In this document: positions 39,260 through 47,811 of the stretch, in pieces
Numbering within the stretch: position 1 is the stretch's first letter
Layout: each line of letters starts with the position of its first letter
Assembly (NCBI GenBank): GCA_041640715.1
Contig: JBEPZU010000002.1
Location: 7,198 to 71,197 of the forward strand
DNA length: 64,000 nucleotides
Source of the DNA: Thermoproteota archaeon
GTDB lineage: Archaea; Thermoproteota; Thermoprotei; Gearchaeales; Gearchaeaceae
Reading direction: 5' to 3'
Notes under the pieces: generated by a model
Told to the model about the DNA's origin: nothing
Databases searched by the model: none
Seen by the model: only the letters and a program-made list of their open reading frames with translations
Position numbers and translations under genes: made by a program

Positions 39260-42200
39260 GTGCAATTACTTTATAGGGAATTATGTCCAAACGATGGAGG
39301 AGATATACTTTCTTCTAGATTAGAGAAGGGATTGGTTTGTGAAAAGTGTATTAACGAAGATGAAGCTTCTGGAATATATGATTTTAATCAATTAGTTAAG
39401 ATTCTTGAGGAGAAAGGTCGACTTCAGGGGGGCTTAAGAGAATATTATGTGCTTAATCAGAAGCTTTATGATTTCGAGAACTTTTCCAAGAATGTATTCG
39501 AGAGTCTCACAAATGCTCAAAGGAGTTGGTTCATAAAGGCCGCCAAGGCTGAAAGCTTTGCAATAACCTATCCCACAGGTTTAGGTAAAACTACTTTCGG
39601 TATGCTTTATTCTCTTTACGTTAAATTCAAAAATGAAGATAGAAAAATAGTATTTCTCGTACCTACTCGATTATTAGTCGCAAAGGTTATCGAACGTCTA
39701 AAAGAATTCGCTTCTAAAGTTCTTATTGATGTAAGAATTATTAGCAGCCTTGAAAACAAGAAAGAAGAGTTAATTGAAGCATTAAAGAATAGATCCTTCG
39801 ATATTGCAGTACTAACTTCTAAGTTTCTATTGAACAATAAGTCCTTATTGTTAAGTAAAGAATTCAGGGGAATTATAGACCTAGTATTTGTGGATGACGT
39901 TGATTCTGTACTAAAAAGCTCAAAAGCCATAGATGTCATCTTGAACTTAATAGGCTTTGATTTAGAAAACGAAGCATTAATGAAATTAAAACAATTAACC
40001 AGGAGGACTGGTAGGGATTCCTTTGAGGAGAAAATGACGCTTCTAGAAGAGGTAAGAAAATATAAGGCTAATAATAAGATAGGTCAGCTGATTTTTTCCA
40101 GCGCTACTACTAGGTTCACAAGTTCTAGGATAAGATTACTAAGGCATCTCTTAGATTTCGAACCAGGTTCCTCGCTTGAAGTATTTAGGAACGTACTCGA
40201 GTTCTATAAATACGTTCCAGAGACGAAACAGATTAAAGAAGCCACATCTTTAATCTCAGAACTAGGAAAAGGAGGTCTGATATTCGTATCTGTAAGTAAC
40301 TCTTCTAGTTTCATAGACAGATTGATCAGCGCTCTAAGCTCGAAAAACTTTAAAGCAGAAGTAGTATCCAGCAAAGTCAATGCTAAGAAGATCTTAGATA
40401 GCTTTGAAAGAGGAGAAATAGATTTACTCATAGGGCATGCAACTTTTTACGGTCCTTTGGTCAGAGGTATAGATCTACCTGGAAGAGTGAAATATGCGAT
40501 TTTTGTAGGAGTTCCCAAGTTCAAATTCTCCTTCGAAATTTTCGAGCGAAATCCTTTAAGGACGCTGTGGCTAGCTAGTATAGTAGTAAACTTCATAGAG
40601 GATTTTGAGCGAAGGCGTTCAATACTCGATTTATCAGCCAAGTTGAAGAATGAAGTTCAGAAATATACTCCTGAAGCATTAAGGGCTCTTACTTACATAA
40701 AACAAGAGACCAAGCTTAGAGTATTAGAATTGACTAAAATATTGTACGATGAGTTAATTGAAGTTTTAAGGGACGAGAAAATCATTAGCGCATTAGAAGA
40801 AAAAAAGAGATTAAGGGTAATTTATGAAAATAATAAAAGATTTCTCTTGATACCTGATTCTTTGACTTACATTCAAGCTTCAGGTAGAACTAGCAGGATG
40901 TATTATGGAGGAATAACTACGGGTTTATCAATAGTTTTGGTCGATGATAAGCGAATATTCGAGGGCCTGAAATACCAGCTAAGCTTCAGGGGTGAACTTT
41001 TCAATTTCCATAGTTTCGATTATTTCCTAAAGAAAAAGGATGAAATATTGGAAATCATTCATAGTGAAAGGGAAGCTATAATTAATAAAGAAGTCAGAGC
41101 TGCAAAATCTATGAAAGAAGCCAAATTGAGGACTGCCCTGTTTGTAGTAGAATCTCCTACGAAAGCTAGAACGATATCTTCCTTCTTTGGTAAGCCGGTG
41201 GTAAGATTAGTTAAAGATCTGAGGGTTTATGAATGTGTAACTGATAAATACATACTTTACATAACCGCTACTAGAGGGCATATTTTTGAATTGGTTTATA
41301 CCCATTCTCCTGCATCAGGCATATATTATGGGATAATAAAGAAGCATGATGAGTTCATACCTATTTATTCCACGATAAAGAAATGCAGAAATTGCGGCGA
41401 ACAATTCACTGAGTATAAAGAAAAGGGCAAATGTCCTTATTGTGGCAGTACCATGATAGAAGATCAGATCAATACAGTTAAAGCCTTACAAGAGTTAGCT
41501 CAAGAAAGCGATTTAGTTATAATAGCTACAGATCCTGATTCTGAAGGAGAGAAGATAGCTAAAGACGTATATCTAGTAGTCAAACCTTTCGCTAAGGAAA
41601 TAAAAAGAGCTGAGATGCATGAAATAACCTTAAATGCCTTCTTGAAGGCTTTAGATAATCTAAAGGAGATCAATGATAGACTTGTTTTAGCACAAATACT
41701 TAGAAGAATAGGGGATAGATGGGTTGGTTTTAGCTTGAGCAATCTTGTACAACAAGAATTCAAGAGAAAGACAATGGGGGTAGGACGTGTCCAAACTCCT
41801 GTCCTAAGTTGGATAGTAGAAAACTATAGGAAGTATAAAAAAAAGAGGAAAAAAAGGCTTATTCTCAACATTAAAATAAACGAGACATTTCTAAAAGTTA
41901 ATGCAAAACCGATCAAGATTAGAAGGTGGACCGCTGGGGTATCTAGAAAAATAAAGAAGCAACTAATAAACAGCAAACTTGAAATCTCAGAGATATCGAC
42001 TGAAAAAGTTGAAGTTCCCCCTCCTAGACCTTTTTCTACGAGCGAATTATTAACTTCAGCAGTACCTAAACTTAGAACCTCCTCTGACAAGATCATGCGG
42101 CTTGCTCAAGATTTATTTGAAGCGGGGTTGATAACTTACCATAGAACGGATAGTCATTATATAAGCTATGTAGGCTTTGAAATAGCTAATAAATACTTAG

Positions 42201-42985
42201 AGGAAAAGGGACTTTTGTATCTTCTTAGGAAAAAACAATATGAGAAAGCAGGAACCCATGAGTGTATAAGGCCTACTAGACCTTTGGACAGACAGGCTTT
42301 AGAGAGTGCTATAGCTACTGGTCAGATAAGAATTCCTATTCAAATGACTCCTCAACATTACCAATTGTATGATCTAATTTTCAAGACTTTCATTGCCTCG
42401 CAAATGAAACCAGCTAATGTCATAAAATACAAGATTAGCTTTAAACCATTGACAGTAAAGCTAGAAGAAGAGCTTCAAATAGAGGTCGAACCACTGGAAA
42501 TAAATGTAGAGGCAGATGAAAATAGCTTCGTTAAAATATATCCTATTTTAACGTACCCACAATTGAAAGATGGAATAAAGGAAATGGAAGCAGTTATAGT
42601 AGATGTTAGATTTGTAAGAGAAGGTAAATTATTGTTCACTGAGGAGGAAATAATTAGGGAGATGAAGAAGGAAGGAATAGGGAGGCCTTCCACTTATTCC
42701 TTTATAATTAAAAGACTAATAGATCATAATTATGTGATGCTTTCTCCGATCAGAAAATTTTTCATTCCCATGAAGTTGGCTATGGATTTAATAATGATGT
42801 TAAAAGAAAAATTCCAATGGGTAATAGACGTAAAGCTTACTAGAAAATTCGAAAGATTGATGGATGAGATAGAAGAAGGTAAGCTAAGCTACGATGAAGT
42901 TAAGCGGGTCTTCAACGAATTCTTCGAGGAATATTACTTAAAGGTTGTAGAAAAAATCGAAGAAATCAAGCCTGTCCAAAAATAG
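39260..42985 (+). CDS. rgy: Reverse gyrase
   Basis: N-terminal Zn finger, PTGLGKTT, DDVD, GIDLP, QASGRTSR; topoisomerase IA part VESPTKA, CRNC..CPYC, ATDPDSEGE, GRVQTP, catalytic LITYHRTDS, GRPSTY. Confidence 0.97.
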   Translation: MQLLYRELCPNDGGDILSSRLEKGLVCEKCINEDEASGIYDFNQLVKILEEKGRLQGGLREYYVLNQKLYDFENFSKNVFESLTNAQRSWFIKAAKAESFAITYPTGLGKTTFGMLYSLYVKFKNEDRKIVFLVPTRLLVAKVIERLKEFASKVLIDVRIISSLENKKEELIEALKNRSFDIAVLTSKFLLNNKSLLLSKEFRGIIDLVFVDDVDSVLKSSKAIDVILNLIGFDLENEALMKLKQLTRRTGRDSFEEKMTLLEEVRKYKANNKIGQLIFSSATTRFTSSRIRLLRHLLDFEPGSSLEVFRNVLEFYKYVPETKQIKEATSLISELGKGGLIFVSVSNSSSFIDRLISALSSKNFKAEVVSSKVNAKKILDSFERGEIDLLIGHATFYGPLVRGIDLPGRVKYAIFVGVPKFKFSFEIFERNPLRTLWLASIVVNFIEDFERRRSILDLSAKLKNEVQKYTPEALRALTYIKQETKLRVLELTKILYDELIEVLRDEKIISALEEKKRLRVIYENNKRFLLIPDSLTYIQASGRTSRMYYGGITTGLSIVLVDDKRIFEGLKYQLSFRGELFNFHSFDYFLKKKDEILEIIHSEREAIINKEVRAAKSMKEAKLRTALFVVESPTKARTISSFFGKPVVRLVKDLRVYECVTDKYILYITATRGHIFELVYTHSPASGIYYGIIKKHDEFIPIYSTIKKCRNCGEQFTEYKEKGKCPYCGSTMIEDQINTVKALQELAQESDLVIIATDPDSEGEKIAKDVYLVVKPFAKEIKRAEMHEITLNAFLKALDNLKEINDRLVLAQILRRIGDRWVGFSLSNLVQQEFKRKTMGVGRVQTPVLSWIVENYRKYKKKRKKRLILNIKINETFLKVNAKPIKIRRWTAGVSRKIKKQLINSKLEISEISTEKVEVPPPRPFSTSELLTSAVPKLRTSSDKIMRLAQDLFEAGLITYHRTDSHYISYVGFEIANKYLEEKGLLYLLRKKQYEKAGTHECIRPTRPLDRQALESAIATGQIRIPIQMTPQHYQLYDLIFKTFIASQMKPANVIKYKISFKPLTVKLEEELQIEVEPLEINVEADENSFVKIYPILTYPQLKDGIKEMEAVIVDVRFVREGKLLFTEEEIIREMKKEGIGRPSTYSFIIKRLIDHNYVMLSPIRKFFIPMKLAMDLIMMLKEKFQWVIDVKLTRKFERLMDEIEEGKLSYDEVKRVFNEFFEEYYLKVVEKIEEIKPVQK

Positions 42986-43100
42986 GTTAATGCTCTAGAA
43001 GCGAATTAATTAGTTAAAGCTTGAATTATTCATTTTGTTTAGATGGGGTAAATCATATGGGAGAATTAAGAATATAAGTTCTCTTTTGATTAATTTCATT

Positions 43101-43158
43101 AGCCAATGATGAAGAATTCCAATATGAGAAGTGATTTATCCCAGGGGTAGCTGAGGAT
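43101..43158 (+). ncRNA. Box C/D guide sRNA; D guide complementary to the conserved 23S rRNA segment at about 2437-2451 (E. coli numbering)
   Basis: C box ATGATGA 43106-43112, D' ATGA 43124-43127, C' GTGATTT 43131-43137, D box CTGA 43151-43154. The D guide TTATCCCAGGGGTAG pairs with CUACCCCUGGGAUAA. TATA-like AATATAAG at 43071-43078. Confidence 0.82.
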
Positions 43159-43397
43159 TATTTCTCATTTCATGATCTCTTAAGCTCTTGAATTTGGAGG
43201 TTTGTAAAATTTATCGTATCCTTCCTAAAGTAGATGGATTAGGTCTAAAATATTTAACGGGCATCATGATTAATATATTTAAAACAAAAGGAAGATTAAA
43301 ATTATAAAAATAGCGCTTTAATTATCTATAACTTCTTGTATATAATTATATATAACTTTATAGAAAGGCTTATAATAATGATGATGTACATTAGTTT

Positions 43398-44006
43398 ATG
43401 AAAAAGAAATTATTGATCCCGATTTCTGCTGCTGTTATAATAGTCGTCGTCATCGCCTATATTGCTGTTGGCGCTTCTGAGAAGCCTAGGGGGTATGTAC
43501 TTCCTAATCCAATCAATTCTCCAAACTTTGTTCTTCAAAATGCCGTAACAGGAGAGACTGTAGAGTTAAGTAAGCTTTACGGCAAGGTGGTGGCAATTTC
43601 CTTCGTTTATGTTCATTGCCCTGATGTTTGTCCTATAATATTTGCGAGATTCAAGCAAGCAGCTAATGAATTAGATAAAGCAGGATTTTCTGGTCAGTAT
43701 GTGATGCTCCTTATCTCAGTAGATCCTGAGAGAGATATTAAAGACGGCAAAGCTTATATGGAAAAATTAAATGCACCTAGTGAAGTTATTTTCTTAGTAG
43801 GGAATAGAACAGTTCTACAACAAGTTTGGAATAAGTATGGTGTTTATGTAGAGAAAGTAGGGACTGGAGAAAACTATACCGTAACTCATTCAGTTATAAT
43901 AATATTGTTAGACAAACAATTGAGACAAAGAATATACTTCGGTAACATATTAAGTTGGTCTCCCGAAGATTTATATCATGATATGGTATTACTGCTTAAG
44001 GAATGA
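43398..44006 (+). CDS. SCO1/SenC copper chaperone
   Basis: N-terminal anchor, FVYVHCPDVCP (CxxxC), ISVDPERD, conserved His in VTHS. Confidence 0.92.
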   Translation: MKKKLLIPISAAVIIVVVIAYIAVGASEKPRGYVLPNPINSPNFVLQNAVTGETVELSKLYGKVVAISFVYVHCPDVCPIIFARFKQAANELDKAGFSGQYVMLLISVDPERDIKDGKAYMEKLNAPSEVIFLVGNRTVLQQVWNKYGVYVEKVGTGENYTVTHSVIIILLDKQLRQRIYFGNILSWSPEDLYHDMVLLLKE

Positions 44007-44620
44007 AGTTTATCGACCTTATTAAGACTAAACGATTTCTGGTTTATTCCTCTTTAGTAATTTTATCTTACATCGTAATCCTCATACTAATTCAATGGAT
44101 CATAGCAGGAGCTCCTCCTAACGGCTTTGGCCTTTTGAATAAGCCTGAATCTTCTAAATATGCTAATTTCGAAGATTTCGTGATACTTTGGGTAAAGTAT
44201 GAGCAAGTTATTGAGGGAGCGAATTTTGAATGGTACGGAATATTAACTCTAACCACTTTTTCTCTTTTGATATTACTATCTTTCATATCAGCGATCAATT
44301 TATCTTTAACAAAAGAATTAGGTAAGGGCAAGAAAGGAGCTGCCTGTGGTACTTTAACGAGTACTGCAGGCTTAGCATTAATAACAACTTCCGTCAGTGC
44401 CTGTCCATCTTGTGGAACAGCAGCTATATTATCGGTATCTCAAGCACTTATCTTCGTAGCTACGGGTAGCACCTTAGGCATATCTGCTCTATTCAAGTTC
44501 CTTACCGATTTAGTAATAATTATAGGAATAGCGATAAATCTCTTGTTATTCTTCATTTTATATAAGAAAATCAATAAAAATTCATGGCATATGAGGTTAG
44601 TTATGATCAAACGAAGGTAG
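44003..44620 (+). CDS. Membrane protein with Cys motifs (AACG...SACPSCG)
   Basis: About 4 TM; CxxC at the end of a hydrophobic segment; ATGA overlap with SCO. Confidence 0.7.
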   Translation: MKFIDLIKTKRFLVYSSLVILSYIVILILIQWIIAGAPPNGFGLLNKPESSKYANFEDFVILWVKYEQVIEGANFEWYGILTLTTFSLLILLSFISAINLSLTKELGKGKKGAACGTLTSTAGLALITTSVSACPSCGTAAILSVSQALIFVATGSTLGISALFKFLTDLVIIIGIAINLLLFFILYKKINKNSWHMRLVMIKRR

Positions 44621-45108
44621 AGCTTGTTCTAGGAGACCTTCTTGAAGAAGAAGTCGAAGCGATAATCAATCCTGCGAATTCTTTAATGATAATGGGTGGC
44701 GGTGTAGCTGGTGCTATAAAGAGAAAAGGTGGTGAAGATATAGAAAAGGAGGCTATGAGATATGCTCCTGTTCCTGTAGGTAAAGCAGTTTTGACGAATG
44801 CAGGTAAGTTGAAGGCTAAATACGTGATTCATTCGCCTACGATGGAAAGACCTGCGATGTTAACAACCAAAGAAAAGGTCTATGAAGCTACAAGGGCGGC
44901 GTTGATCTTAGCTAGAGAGAAAGGCATAAAGAGTTTAGCTATACCAGCCATGGGCGCAGGAGTTGGAGGGTTATCTTATAGGGAATCTGCAGAAGCGATG
45001 CTTAGAGCTATAAAGGAACTGTTTTCTGGGATTGAAAGGATAAGGATTGTGGTTAGGGATGAAGAAGCTTTTAAAGAATTCAAGGAAGTAATGCAAGAAT
45101 TGAAGTGA
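44584..45108 (+). CDS. Macro domain protein (ADP-ribose binding/hydrolase)
   Basis: GDL, AIINPAN...GGGVAGAI, YVIHSP, SLAIPAMGAGVGG. Confidence 0.93.
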   Translation: MAYEVSYDQTKVELVLGDLLEEEVEAIINPANSLMIMGGGVAGAIKRKGGEDIEKEAMRYAPVPVGKAVLTNAGKLKAKYVIHSPTMERPAMLTTKEKVYEATRAALILAREKGIKSLAIPAMGAGVGGLSYRESAEAMLRAIKELFSGIERIRIVVRDEEAFKEFKEVMQELK

Positions 45109-46121
45109 AAGCGGTATTATTGTTAGGTAAAAGGGACGCTAGGATAGTAGATCTAGAAATACCTAGGATATCACGTGAAGAATTGAGGGTTAAGCTTTTA
45201 GCATGCGGAATATGCGGTACAGATATAGAAAAGTATGAAGGAGAAGCCATAACACCACAAGTCTTAGGCCATGAAGTCGTAGGTATCATAGATGAAGTAG
45301 GTGAAGGGATCGAAGAATATAGAAAAGGTGAAAGAGTGTTCGTTCATCATCACGTTCCTTGTAGAATTTGTTATTTTTGTTTAAGAGGAGATTTTACGCT
45401 ATGTAGCGAGTTTAAGAAGGTAAATCTAGATCCTTGTGGTCTAGCTGAATATTTCAGGGTACCTTCTGCAATAGTAAAAAGAGGAGGCGTGTTTAAATTG
45501 AGCGATTCTATAAGCGATGAAAGGGCTACTTTCATAGAACCTTTAGCCTGTTGTATAAGGGCGCTAAATAAACTCAAACCGGAAATAGGTGATAATGTTG
45601 TGATATTTGGGGCTGGGCCTTCTGGCTTATTGCATTTGATGCTACTTAAAGAACTATATGGAACGAACGTAGCTGTGATGGAAATCAACGATTTAAGGTC
45701 TAAGATGGCTTTGGACCTAGGTGCGGAGCTTGTGCTTGATCCTAGGAAGGATGTTGAGGAATTATTTAATTGGTCTAACCAAAGAGGTGCTGATATAGCT
45801 ATTGTAGCTACGGGGAACGCTCAGGCTATTAATCAAGCTTTGAAAGTATTAAGGAGGGGAGGAAAGCTTTGCATTTTCGGAAGTCCTTCTAAAAATGCAG
45901 AAATAACCATAGATCCAAGCTTCATCTTCATAAATGAAATAAAAATTTTGCCGAGTTATTCTACGACTGAGCTCGAAATTCAGCAAGCAATATCCATACT
46001 TGAAAAATCGAGGATAAAACCTGAGCGAATGATAACGCATAGATTTAAACTCGAAGAGGGCATTGAGGCATTGGAAACTACTAGAAAAGGAGAAGCTGTT
46101 AAGACTATAATTTTAGCTTAA
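45105..46121 (+). CDS. Zn-dependent medium-chain dehydrogenase (threonine/sorbitol DH-like)
   Basis: CGICGTD, GHE, C..C..C...C, EPLAC, GAGPSG. Confidence 0.9.
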   Translation: MKAVLLLGKRDARIVDLEIPRISREELRVKLLACGICGTDIEKYEGEAITPQVLGHEVVGIIDEVGEGIEEYRKGERVFVHHHVPCRICYFCLRGDFTLCSEFKKVNLDPCGLAEYFRVPSAIVKRGGVFKLSDSISDERATFIEPLACCIRALNKLKPEIGDNVVIFGAGPSGLLHLMLLKELYGTNVAVMEINDLRSKMALDLGAELVLDPRKDVEELFNWSNQRGADIAIVATGNAQAINQALKVLRRGGKLCIFGSPSKNAEITIDPSFIFINEIKILPSYSTTELEIQQAISILEKSRIKPERMITHRFKLEEGIEALETTRKGEAVKTIILA

Positions 46122-46131
46122 AAATTTTAGT

Positions 46132-47112
46132 ATGTTATCTCAAAGCAATTCTCGCATCCCATTATTAAAGAAGTTCATCAACGCTAAAGGAGCATTGATA
46201 ATAGGAATTGGAGGCGCAGGTGATATATTGGGAACATTTCCTACCATGTTCTTCCTGAAATCTTTAGGTGTTAAGACAGTAATAGGTTCGATTGCTTGGG
46301 AAAGAATTGTTATAGACCCTAAACCGGGTCCTAGATCTTTCGATGAATTTGAAGGAATAGAAATCATATCTAGTTCTTTGTGCTTAGCGGGAGAAGAAGT
46401 TAAGATGAAACATGGACCTATACCCCAAGCTGCTTACGTATCTAAGATTTTAGGAGAAAAGGTGGCTTTGATCGATATGACTAAAAGTAAGCGAGAAATA
46501 GCTAAGGGAATTAAAGAAGCAATGAATAAACTCGATCTCGATTTGTTCATAGCTATCGATGTTGGAGGTGATGTATTAGCTAAGGGGGAAGAAGAGGATT
46601 TGAGATCTCCTCTCGCGGATTCTTTCATGTTATCATCTTTATCTCATTTGGAAGAACCTATCTTAGGAGTTTTCGGAATAGGTTGTGACGGGGAGCTAAG
46701 AAGAGAAGAAGTTGAATTGAGGATTTCGCAGGTAGCTGAAATTAAAGGTTATCTCGGTGCAATAGGGATTTTCGAAGAAGCTTTGGAAATGATGTCAAAG
46801 GCTGCTAAGTTGATGAAGAGCGAAGCCAGTAAGCTACCTATTGAAGCCGCTAATGGTCTAAGGGGCATAGTGCCTATAAGAGAAGGGACTAGGAAAGCTG
46901 AGGTTAGCATAGAATCTACCATAACCTATTTTTTGGATTTGAAGAAGGCTTATGAGATTTCTCCTTTAGCAAAAGCTTTAGAAAACGTCGATAACTTGGA
47001 TGAAGCTAATGAAGTTCTTCATAGATTAGGTTTGTTCACAGAACTAGATTTCGAAAGAGAAGCTTTTAAGAAAGGAGTTCGTTCTTATAAAGAATTCTTT
47101 GGAAAAATTTAA
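46132..47112 (+). CDS. DUF1152 family protein
   Basis: GIGGAGD, DVGGD.LA.G.E..LRSPLADS, G.GCDGEL. Confidence 0.82.
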   Translation: MLSQSNSRIPLLKKFINAKGALIIGIGGAGDILGTFPTMFFLKSLGVKTVIGSIAWERIVIDPKPGPRSFDEFEGIEIISSSLCLAGEEVKMKHGPIPQAAYVSKILGEKVALIDMTKSKREIAKGIKEAMNKLDLDLFIAIDVGGDVLAKGEEEDLRSPLADSFMLSSLSHLEEPILGVFGIGCDGELRREEVELRISQVAEIKGYLGAIGIFEEALEMMSKAAKLMKSEASKLPIEAANGLRGIVPIREGTRKAEVSIESTITYFLDLKKAYEISPLAKALENVDNLDEANEVLHRLGLFTELDFEREAFKKGVRSYKEFFGKI

Positions 47113-47125
47113 TCTTATCTAAAAT

Positions 47126-47569
47126 TCAGACCGGCTGTACGATTTTTATCGCCTTTGTGGGACAGGCTATTTCACAAGCTAAGCAGAAAATGCAATTCTG
47201 TTCTCTAATAGGGAATGCTTTATCCGTTCTATATTTTTCCCATAATTCTCTATCTTCGGGCTTATTCGGGTCAATAACTCTATCGTTTCCACTACCGGCT
47301 TTACCAGGATTCAAAAACCATTCGAACACATTAACAGGGCAAACGTCCATACATACTCCATCTGCTATGCATGCTTCAAAATCTACCAATACAATACTAC
47401 CGTATATTCCAAGGGAAGTAGGATAAGGTTTTTCATCAGCATCTAATCTTTTCATCCCTCCGGCTCTTATTTTTATTCCTAAGTATTCTCCTGTTATAGG
47501 GTATTCATCCGGTTTGTTAATCACTTCGGGATCGATGGGCTTTGGCTTATAATCTACAGGTCTGACCAT
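47126..47569 (-). CDS. 7Fe ([3Fe-4S][4Fe-4S]) ferredoxin of the Thermoplasma/Sulfolobus zinc-ferredoxin family, Zn ligands absent
   Basis: CIADGVCMDVCP and CIFCLACEIACP; the N-terminal extension KPKPID..YPITG..RA.GM.RLDAD.KPYPT.LGI recalls T. acidophilum ferredoxin. Confidence 0.9.
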   Translation of the reverse strand: MVRPVDYKPKPIDPEVINKPDEYPITGEYLGIKIRAGGMKRLDADEKPYPTSLGIYGSIVLVDFEACIADGVCMDVCPVNVFEWFLNPGKAGSGNDRVIDPNKPEDRELWEKYRTDKAFPIREQNCIFCLACEIACPTKAIKIVQPV

Positions 47570-47603
47570 ATTATTCTTTCTTCCTTTACAAGATATTTAA
47601 GTG

Positions 47604-47624
47604 TTTACTCTCAATTTACTCTCA
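47604..47624 (-). promoter_or_regulatory. Tandem direct repeat (TTTACTCTCA)x2 with 11-bp period next to the ferredoxin TATA box
   Basis: Read directly at 47604-47613 and 47615-47624; TTAAATAT (minus strand) at about 47593-47600, about 25-30 nt from the start codon. Confidence 0.45.
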
Positions 47625-47811
47625 GGAAAATGCAAGATGCGTGTTCGTGAATTATTTACATTTAATTTGAATACCTGTGTTATGTTGTTTATTTATCTTC
47701 ATAATTATTAATATTAAATTTTATGTCAATATAATTAAGCATATTTAAATGCGATAATGTATATATATAAATACAATAAGTATAAATATACGAAATTAAA
47801 TTTTTATCACG

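Noticed and set aside
43378-43430. Second C-box-like ATGATGA before the SCO gene
   Set aside because: No CTGA D box at a suitable distance; it runs into the SCO coding sequence.
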